Source of the DNA: an uncultured virus (IMG/VR IMGVR_UViG_3300046058_000006)
Taxonomy: Duplodnaviria; Heunggongvirae; Uroviricota; Caudoviricetes
Direction: 5' to 3' (one strand)
DNA: 20,000 bases
Virus record (IMG/VR): IMGVR_UViG_3300046058_000006
Of this stretch, positions 1 through 6,180 are shown piece by piece. The position numbers and the translations under genes were made by a program. The notes below the pieces were generated by a model. The model ran no database searches. It saw only the letters and a list, made by a program, of their open reading frames with translations, and was not told the origin of the DNA. The stretch's first letter is position 1; the number at the start of each line of letters is the position of its first letter.

Positions 1-28
1 CGCGGGTAAGCGGCATCAACGACGCGCG

Positions 29-931
29 CTAAGTGTTAATCAGGATTAACACGCAACGACACTGCGGATGGGTCGCCTGCGGGGGTAGCAGGTCCGAACG
101 GTTGTTTCTGACTTCTTGGATCGTATACTGTTTTCCTTCAAGCGCCTGGCACTGTGCGCACACGCGGTTATCCCCTGCCGTCGTATGCTCCATTTTCTTC
201 CCCGGCGTCGAACTGGCCCCTTCTATTCCGTATCCTACAGCGCGGTCGTCGTTGAACCAGTGATCATAAACATCCAGCGCGGTTTCGTTGTGCGCGCGTA
301 ACGTTTCGGTCCGGGCGATCATTTCGGCGCGGTGTACGCCAACTTTCCGCACGCGCTTACTAATCTGCCGGCCTACGTCGCGGGGGTTTTCCCCGCGAAG
401 CATACCGAACGTAAGCGTGTCCCGCACGTCGTCTGTAATGTCACCCGTCAGCGTTTCTAATTCGTTATAGTTGCGCGAAAACAAGCGCGAAAGCAACTGT
501 GATCTTTGCGCGCGGGGCAAAACATCTTCGCCGGCGTCGATCGCTATGCCAGCGCCTTCAAGCTGTGCGGTCGCAAAGGCTTCGCCTTTGGTTTCGGCGC
601 TTCTAACGTATTTCGCCGTGTAGTGCCGGCCTGCCGTTACTTCAGCGCGGCCCATCTTGTCTAAAACGCCCTGTTCGGCCTGTTCTTGTAACCAGCGGTT
701 GAACGCGGCGCGCGTCGCGGCCAGCGATCCGTCGTCTAAAGTTTCGGGTATACGATAATCTTCAAGCGCCGCGTCGGTCGTTCGGCGTTCGCTAATGGCC
801 AGCGCGTCGTTTTCGCCGATTGTCTTATTGACAGCCGCCGCCAAGCGCCGAACCCTGCCGGTTAGTTCCGGTCGGTACTGGCGTTCGCGTAGGTTGACCG
901 TGTGGCTTGGGTCGGCACTGTTCGATAGCAC
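29..931 (-). CDS. Phage head morphogenesis protein (Mu gpF / SPP1 gp7 family)
   Basis: Family motifs RAEMIARTETLRAHN, DNRVCAQC and C-terminal HPQCRC. Lies downstream of the portal gene. GTG start with a TATA-like CTATTA about 28 nt upstream. Confidence 0.9.
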   Translation of the reverse strand: MLSNSADPSHTVNLRERQYRPELTGRVRRLAAAVNKTIGENDALAISERRTTDAALEDYRIPETLDDGSLAATRAAFNRWLQEQAEQGVLDKMGRAEVTAGRHYTAKYVRSAETKGEAFATAQLEGAGIAIDAGEDVLPRAQRSQLLSRLFSRNYNELETLTGDITDDVRDTLTFGMLRGENPRDVGRQISKRVRKVGVHRAEMIARTETLRAHNETALDVYDHWFNDDRAVGYGIEGASSTPGKKMEHTTAGDNRVCAQCQALEGKQYTIQEVRNNRSDLLPPQATHPQCRCVLILINT

Positions 932-962
932 ACGGCCTTTGATTCGCCGGCCCTAATAGTCC

Positions 963-1409
963 TTAGTGGTCGTTAGACAGCATTTCGGCCAAGCGGCGCG
1001 CTTCTTCTTTCTGTTCGGGGTGTAGGTCCGGGTTATCAGCCCATCGTTCTAAGACGCGCACAGCCGCGTCAATCGTTCCCTGGTTGTAGGGGTATTCCTG
1101 TTCCCAAACTTCCCCGAACTGCACACACAAGACTAACAGCGGCGTCAGATCGACGGACGCACTGAAGCGGTCGCCGATCACAGGCAGGCGCGAAAGAACC
1201 GGGGCGCTTACCATTATTTCGACGGGTTCGCCTTCGTTAGCAATGTCAAAGTCGCCCGCTTCGATTTCTTCAGTGTGATCGTAGGCGTATTCACAAAACG
1301 CGCGGGCGATCGTAGCTTGATCGTCTACGTTCGGGTCGTTTTCGATTTCTTTCAGCCATTCGATGTACGCCTTCGCCGGTTTGTCCGCGTCGCGGTAGGT
1401 TTCGGTCAT
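963..1409 (-). CDS. Hypothetical acidic protein
   Basis: 148-aa ORF with halophile-type D/E-rich composition. Its ATG overlaps the TGA of the upstream small ORF (ATGA at 1406-1409). Confidence 0.75.
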   Translation of the reverse strand: MTETYRDADKPAKAYIEWLKEIENDPNVDDQATIARAFCEYAYDHTEEIEAGDFDIANEGEPVEIMVSAPVLSRLPVIGDRFSASVDLTPLLVLCVQFGEVWEQEYPYNQGTIDAAVRVLERWADNPDLHPEQKEEARRLAEMLSNDH

Positions 1410-1567
1410 ATGTAACCGCTTAGGGCTATGCTACCGAACAGGATAAAGATACCGACTATAAAGCGCCAGGGACAGCGCCGCAACAGACCTTCGGTGATCA
1501 ACCACCCGCACAGGTAGCCGCCGACTATCGGAATAGCGAACGCCAGGGCCGTTTTGCCGGCTAACAT
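1406..1567 (-). CDS. Small 2-TM membrane protein (53 aa; not in ORF track)
   Basis: Manual translation: MLAGKTALAFAIPIVGGYLCGWLITEGLLRRCPWRFIVGIFILFGSIALSGYI*. It overlaps the upstream gene's stop by 7 nt and the downstream start by ATGA, filling the gap exactly. Confidence 0.75.
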   Translation of the reverse strand: MLAGKTALAFAIPIVGGYLCGWLITEGLLRRCPWRFIVGIFILFGSIALSGYI

Positions 1568-1851
1568 TGCCCCGCGCCCATGCCCGGCAGTTGGGTTACG
1601 TCTTTGACCCGAACGTACCGATCACATTCGGGACATTCGCCTTCGCAACCCTTGAAAACAAAGCTATTCGGGTCGCGGTCCATGCTTGGCATATAGGTAC
1701 AGTCAAAGTCGTATGCTTGTAGGGTTGATACGCTTTGGCAAAACGGACAGCGCGCCAGCGTGCCGCGCGCATTATCAGCAATGCCAGTTGTATACGACGC
1801 GCCCATCGGATCGGTTTTAGTCAGCGGGGGTTCGTAATTAGGCCCGGCCAT
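1561..1851 (-). CDS. Small Zn-finger (CPxC...CPxC) protein
   Basis: CPFC and CPEC pairs. Start reassigned to MAGPNY (ATG at 1851) because a TTTTTTAT box lies about 30 nt upstream. Confidence 0.7.
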   Translation of the reverse strand: MAGPNYEPPLTKTDPMGASYTTGIADNARGTLARCPFCQSVSTLQAYDFDCTYMPSMDRDPNSFVFKGCEGECPECDRYVRVKDVTQLPGMGAGQC

Positions 1852-1877
1852 GGCTGTAACCAGCAGGTTACAGCCAT
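1850..1877. promoter_or_regulatory. Perfect 12-bp inverted repeat (putative operator) between TATA box and start codon
   Basis: ATGGCTGTAACC-AGCA-GGTTACAGCCAT. Confidence 0.6.
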
Positions 1878-1921
1878 AAAAAAGTTGTATAAAAGTCACA
1901 CAAAGTCGCACCAAGCGCGAC

Positions 1922-2059
1922 TTAGACCCGTTCGTTGCAACCTACGATAAGGTTTCCACAGTCCGCACAGGTGATTCTACAGCCGTCCTTTGTCGGCGCG
2001 CCGCCGTCGGCACAGTGATAACAGTCTACCATCGGGATGCTTGGGTAATTCGCGGTCAT
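1922..2059 (-). CDS. Zn-finger microprotein (45 aa, two CxxC motifs)
   Basis: MTANYPSIPMVDCYHCADGGAPTKDGCRITCADCGNLIVGCNERV resembles haloarchaeal one-domain C(P)xCG Zn-finger microproteins. Start reassigned from 2188 to 2059. Confidence 0.65.
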   Translation of the reverse strand: MTANYPSIPMVDCYHCADGGAPTKDGCRITCADCGNLIVGCNERV

Positions 2060-2125
2060 ACTAAAATCTGTTCGTCGCGGCACAGGCACGTTAGTTTTAT
2101 ACGATCCAGGCGTGTACGAATAGCT

Positions 2126-2219
2126 GGCGCGATAGTAAAGCGCCTTGGGACCTAACGGCGTGGCATATCCGTTCGGTGTCTGATTCATGCGCTGTCAAAA
2201 GCGGGCTTTCGTCCGCTTT
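2126..2219 (+). ncRNA. Putative small RNA unit 0
   Basis: TTTTATAC box at 2095-2102; 5' hairpin GGCGC/GCGCC (2126-2144); TCGGTGTC motif at 2173-2180; terminal hairpin AAAGCGGGC-TTTC-GTCCGCTTT. The TATA box could instead serve the divergent gene at 2059. Confidence 0.35.
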
Positions 2220-2236
2220 CGTACAACGACGTAGGA

Positions 2237-2268
2237 TTTATATACGACCCGCGCATTAGAACGAAATG
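2237..2268 (+). promoter_or_regulatory. Archaeal promoter, unit 1
   Basis: TTTATATA at 2237-2244. Same TTTA-N15-TTAG-N4-AA(A/T)TGC spacing as the promoters at 2410 and 2510. Confidence 0.55.
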
Positions 2269-2410
2269 CGCGTGGAAATCCCGCGCGCGGACACGTCAAA
2301 CATGGTTTGTCAGCAACCCCACAGGGTTGCTTCGGTGTCAATGCCGCTTATCTGTTACCAAAAGCACCGGAAAGGGCCGGCCTTTTGCCGCCCTTTGTTA
2401 CGGTGTTTGG
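2268..2410 (+). ncRNA. Putative small RNA unit 1 (three-way junction)
   Basis: 5' hairpin at 2268-2286. GACAC/GTGTC (2290-2339) closes the hairpins CAAAC/GTTTG and AGCAACCC/GGGTTGCT. Long terminal hairpin at about 2358-2410. Confidence 0.5.
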
Positions 2411-2552
2411 AAAAGTTTAAGTTACAAACAGCCGTTAGTAGGAAATGCGCCGAAGCACACGGCGTAGCACTACAGTAAACAGCGGGTACTTTCCTTCCAC
2501 GCTGTTTTCGAAACGTTTAAATTACAACAAGCCATTAGTGTAAATTGCCCCG
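2410..2552 (+). repeat. Duplicated BRE-TATA promoter block (2410-2452 and 2510-2552, exactly 100 bp apart)
   Basis: GAAAAGTTTAAGTTACAAACAGCCGTTAGTAGGAAATGCGCCG vs GAAACGTTTAAATTACAACAAGCCATTAGTGTAAATTGCCCCG; 33/43 identical without gaps (counted by hand). Confidence 0.7.
2447..2508 (+). ncRNA. Putative small RNA unit 2 (two hairpins)
   Basis: 5' hairpin GCGCCG/CGGCGT and terminal hairpin AAACAGCG/CGCTGTTT, downstream of a BRE-TATA promoter. Confidence 0.45.
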
Positions 2553-2704
2553 TAAGGGCAACGCGGCTGTCGGTGTCAGCCGGGCCTGGATCACCCGGCG
2601 CAAGCGGGACACGCTTGCAATCCGATCATATGCGACCGGCGAATCCGTGCGGCACGACGCACGTCCGCGCCTGTAGCGCGGAAGTTATATTCGGTTCGCC
2701 GGTT
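2546..2704 (+). ncRNA. Putative small RNA unit 3 (two three-way junction modules)
   Basis: 5' hairpin TGCCC/GGGCA. Module a: TCGG/CCGA closes GCCGGG/CCCGGC and GCAAGCG/CGCTTGC. Module b: GACCGGCGAA/TTCGCCGGTT closes GTGCG/CGCAC and TCCGCGC/GCGCGGA. Confidence 0.5.
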
Positions 2705-2722
2705 AACACCTCCTTACAATCG

Positions 2723-4390
2723 TTAAGCGTCAGCTTCAGCGCCGCCGCCGTTTTCACCTTCCCCGCCTTCACCGCCCGCTTGCGCGCCTGCGATTTCCGC
2801 CAAGGTTTCGCCGTCCGCCGCTTCGATTTCCTGAAGCGCGTTTTCAAGTTCGGCGTAGTCCATGTTCAAATCCTGTTCTACGACCTGTTCAAGCGGTAGG
2901 TAAGCGTCTACACCGCTCTGGATATAGAGCTTCCAACCCTGCATATACTTATACCAGGCTTCAGCGTCAAAGTCTTCGTCCTTCAGCGGGCTTTTCGATT
3001 GATCGGATTCGATCGCAAATTCTACACTGTCTATAAGATCTTCGCGGTCGCTGTCCGCGACGCTAACAATCCCCCGATCGATCAAGAAGCGCGCCTTCTT
3101 CCGAAAGATACCAGTGTAGCCGTCGGAAATCCGCCGGCGAATCCGGTTAACGTCCCGGTCGAACTGTTCTACACGCGGTTCCGTAACGTCGCGGTTGATA
3201 CTGTCGCCAAAGCCGACATACGCCTTCGGAACGTTAAGCCCGCCATAGATCGTATCGATGCTCATACGGATCGACGGTTCTATGTCCGGCAGTTCCGGCG
3301 TGTGCCATTCGGTTTCGACGCCGGGCGGCACGCCGAAGATACCACCTGGCGAATTATGCGCGCCGCCGCCCGATCCATCCAGGTCCGAATAGTCGGTTTC
3401 GTCGCCGCTTCGCCGCCGGTTTTCCTTCCACCCGCGCGACCCTGAAGCGCCCGACCCGCGCCCGCGCAAAGCGTTAATGAACTGTTGCATCTGTTGGGTC
3501 GTCCATTCGATTATATCCCCGGAAGGCAGTTCGACCTGGTTGAAGCTAACGTTCGCACGCGGATGGGCGATATTTTTCAGCGCCGCGTTGTAGTCGTCGC
3601 GCCTGTTCTGTACCGCTATCGCTTCTTCCGCAACGGGTTCAACGATCGACATACCGCGAACTTGGCCGGCCTTTCCTGTACTGCCGGCGCTGTGGTTCGG
3701 CGTGTCCGGCATGGGGTTCCGAACGATCTTGGTAACGTCGCGCTGTGAAAGCGGCACTACGTCGGCTTCAGCCTTGGACGAAGCGCGCCCCATGTTCTGA
3801 ATGTAACAAGCCCATTCGCCGCGCGCATTCTGCGGCGTGCCTTCAGGCACGTTCGCCGCGTCGTCGTCCGGTCGAATCAGCCGATCGCTTTCGGGATAAC
3901 AAAGAATGTCAACAGATAACGGATCGATCGACTGAAAGCCGGAAAAGTGGCTTGGATCGGTCGGGTCGTCGTACATATGTTCAAGCAATACGGTTCCGTC
4001 CAAGTCATGCGCACGCGCGTCGTACCACAACTGCGGGCCTAACGGCTTGTCGTATTCGCCGCCGTAAATAACGCATTGATCGGCCCACTTTCGTAGCAGG
4101 TCGGTTAGGTCGTCGTCATCCGACCGAACAGTAAAGCCAGGCCGGGCGACTTCCCCGCAACGCAAATCCAGGCCGGGGTTGATGTACGGGTTTTCCCGGT
4201 ACAGCCGCCGGTATAGCTGTATCTGGTTACGATCGGGGGAACTGCGTTCGTAGCCGCCGGCGCTGAAGCCGCCGAACCCTGAAGTCGTAGTTTGTGGGTC
4301 GGGAATGTCGCCCAAGAAATCCGGGCGGTCGCCGTCGCTTAGTGCAAGCGCGGCTTTTGTAATGTCGCGCGCGTCGCTATATAAGCTCAT
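2723..4390 (-). CDS. Portal protein
   Basis: 555 aa, located between TerL and the gpF-like gene. Has portal-like segments (LYRENPYINPGLD, RGMSIVEPV, IYGGLNVPKAYVG) and an acidic tail. Confidence 0.85.
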   Translation of the reverse strand: MSLYSDARDITKAALALSDGDRPDFLGDIPDPQTTTSGFGGFSAGGYERSSPDRNQIQLYRRLYRENPYINPGLDLRCGEVARPGFTVRSDDDDLTDLLRKWADQCVIYGGEYDKPLGPQLWYDARAHDLDGTVLLEHMYDDPTDPSHFSGFQSIDPLSVDILCYPESDRLIRPDDDAANVPEGTPQNARGEWACYIQNMGRASSKAEADVVPLSQRDVTKIVRNPMPDTPNHSAGSTGKAGQVRGMSIVEPVAEEAIAVQNRRDDYNAALKNIAHPRANVSFNQVELPSGDIIEWTTQQMQQFINALRGRGSGASGSRGWKENRRRSGDETDYSDLDGSGGGAHNSPGGIFGVPPGVETEWHTPELPDIEPSIRMSIDTIYGGLNVPKAYVGFGDSINRDVTEPRVEQFDRDVNRIRRRISDGYTGIFRKKARFLIDRGIVSVADSDREDLIDSVEFAIESDQSKSPLKDEDFDAEAWYKYMQGWKLYIQSGVDAYLPLEQVVEQDLNMDYAELENALQEIEAADGETLAEIAGAQAGGEGGEGENGGGAEADA

Positions 4391-4469
4391 ATGGTTATAT
4401 TCTTTTTTATTACGTCGCGGTGTAAAAACATGAGCACGCGGGCCTACAAGCGCGTATCACTTTTCCGAC

Positions 4470-4700
4470 AAGCGCTAACTGAAGCGGCGGCTTCAGTTTG
4501 TATCAGAACCGCGACGGTTATAGCCCCTGGATTCAGCGCCGGCTGAAAGTCGCCCCTATTGTAGAAGGGACTGAAATGTTTTTTAGGACAGAAATCGCTT
4601 CTACCGCCCGATTAGAAATCGGGGGTCTGAAGCCGCCCGCAAATCAGCGCTGATTGTACGAACCGTACAACCCCTGTGTCTAAGTTTTCTGACACCGAAA
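4470..4700. other. Structured non-coding element upstream of portal
   Basis: GGCGGCTTCAG (4486-4496) is complementary to CTGAAGCCGCC (4627-4637) and encloses several short hairpins. No convincing ORF. Confidence 0.4.
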
Positions 4701-4722
4701 ACAGCCGCAAAAATCGGTTCCC

Positions 4723-4747
4723 AAGCCGGGCGCTTGTCGCCCGGCTT
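4723..4747. terminator. Perfect hairpin at the stop codon of the 4746 gene
   Basis: AAGCCGGGCG-CTTGT-CGCCCGGCTT, followed on the minus strand by a TTTTT tract. Confidence 0.45.
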
Positions 4748-5174
4748 ACATTAGTCGTTTCGCCGATCGGAACCACTTACGGAACGCGCGGCTTTCGTTT
4801 TCGTAGTGTTTACGCCCGCTACACAACCGGGAAATCACGGCCAGCGAAACGCCGCCGCGCGGTCCTAAGATCAAGTGGGCGCTGTCAGACCCTAATTCGC
4901 CTTCATTATGCCATTTCGTTTCGGATCGCACGAACAGGCTAAGGCGGTCGCCGTTACGCCCGTCTAAGGGGTCTAAGTCGATTTCAAACTGTAGCCGGGT
5001 CGGTTTTTCGGGCGTGTTCCGGCGATCTTCAGCGCGCCGAACAGCGGCGACGGCAGAACGAACGCGCCGGCGCTGTGTAGGCGTCGCGTCAGCGGCTTCT
5101 AACGCGCCGCGAATGTGGTCGGGTAGCTGTTCTTCGCGCATTTCTTCGGCCAGGGGCGCGCTTCGTTGTGCCAT
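4746..5174 (-). CDS. Hypothetical protein (Arg-rich, possibly nucleic-acid binding)
   Basis: Start reassigned to MAQRS (5174); GAAAGAC-TTATGT BRE/TATA about 30 nt upstream. Divergent from the nuclease gene. Confidence 0.6.
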   Translation of the reverse strand: MAQRSAPLAEEMREEQLPDHIRGALEAADATPTQRRRVRSAVAAVRRAEDRRNTPEKPTRLQFEIDLDPLDGRNGDRLSLFVRSETKWHNEGELGSDSAHLILGPRGGVSLAVISRLCSGRKHYENESRAFRKWFRSAKRLM

Positions 5175-5269
5175 TGCATTTAGCACGAACAGCGGTATAC
5201 ACATAAGTCTTTCACATTAGGCCATACACTTACGCAAAGGGTTATGAAGCGGGCAGTGCTACGCCAGGT

Positions 5270-5926
5270 ATGGGACAGCTAACTGATAGCGCCCCTGAAG
5301 AACAGGCAAAGGTGTTCCTGTCCGCATGGCTACAGCGCGAAGGCGCGGCTGTGTTTTGGGAAGAAAACACCGAATGGCCGTTCCCGACCTTCAGCGTGTC
5401 CGGTACAGGCGGACGAAAACCCGACTTGGTTGCTTCGACGCAGGCCGGAAAAACAATCGCGTTAGAAGTGAAAAGCGGCTACAATACAAGCGGGCCGATT
5501 ACCGGGTTGATCCAGGCGTTCGGCTACTGGCGCGACTATTCGACCCGGAAAGCGAACTACAACCTGCCGAACCGCATGGGCGATAATCACAAGATCGACG
5601 TGTTCGCGGTAGCGACGCAGTACGCGAAACAAGGCGCGGCCTTTTGCCCGGATGGGAACCGCGATTCTATCCGCGACGATTATGCGTCAGACGAAAGAAC
5701 TTGGCGAAACACGCCGGATCAAGAGCACAACTGTAGCCTTGTGCTTCGCATGACAGCCGCGCGGCTTATCCGCGACCTATACGGCTACGAAAACCTGCCG
5801 GACGGCGCGCCAGGCTTCGGCCTGTTGCTGTCTGACGCCTTGGACGACCGAAGCGGCGATACAGTGCGCCCATGGGTATGCTACTACGACGAAAGCTTTG
5901 ACAATTGGGAACCTGTGGTAGAATGA
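5270..5926 (+). CDS. PD-(D/E)XK restriction-endonuclease-like protein
   Basis: Motifs E..(PEEQ), KPDLV, ALEVKSG and QAFGY (QxxxY). AAAGGG-TTATGA promoter about 28 nt upstream. Confidence 0.75.
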   Translation: MGQLTDSAPEEQAKVFLSAWLQREGAAVFWEENTEWPFPTFSVSGTGGRKPDLVASTQAGKTIALEVKSGYNTSGPITGLIQAFGYWRDYSTRKANYNLPNRMGDNHKIDVFAVATQYAKQGAAFCPDGNRDSIRDDYASDERTWRNTPDQEHNCSLVLRMTAARLIRDLYGYENLPDGAPGFGLLLSDALDDRSGDTVRPWVCYYDESFDNWEPVVE

Positions 5927-6180
5927 ACCGCAAGAAAGTGCCGGATCGCCTGGTAAGCGACGACTTCCGTTTTGACGGACAAACAATCAGCGAAATGGGG
6001 TATAACATCTACCAGTTCGGCGATTATGTGCGAATCGTACCGAACGATTCAAACAGCAATTGGGACAGCCGAAACGAAATGGGAACTGTGTGCCGGATCA
6101 TGGCACAGTTTGACTATATAATGGTACACGCTAACAGCAATCGTATGGTCTTTTCGCCCGAAACTGTTGCGCTGTTCTAA
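5923..6180 (+). CDS. Hypothetical protein (85 aa)
   Basis: Start reassigned to MNRKK, giving an ATGA overlap with the nuclease stop. Converges on TerL with a 4-nt overlap. Confidence 0.6.
   Translation: MNRKKVPDRLVSDDFRFDGQTISEMGYNIYQFGDYVRIVPNDSNSNWDSRNEMGTVCRIMAQFDYIMVHANSNRMVFSPETVALF

Noticed and set aside
2266..2478. Leaderless 70-aa ORF after the TATA box at 2237
   Set aside because: The product is basic and unlike halophile proteins, it runs through the next promoter, and the equivalent position in unit 3 is TTG. Not fully excluded.
2410..2552. CRISPR array
   Set aside because: Only two degenerate copies. They are promoter-like with a 100-bp period rather than identical repeats with ~35-nt spacers, and no cas operon is present.
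2095..2705. tRNA gene cluster
   Set aside because: I found no cloverleaf, no T-loop GTTCRA in the right context and no acceptor stem on either strand.
4430..4546. 38-aa plus-strand ORF upstream of portal
   Set aside because: Short, not acidic, and without supporting motifs.
4470..4650. Hammerhead or other self-cleaving ribozyme
   Set aside because: CTGA occurs several times, but I found no CTGANGA core with properly placed GAAA and stems.
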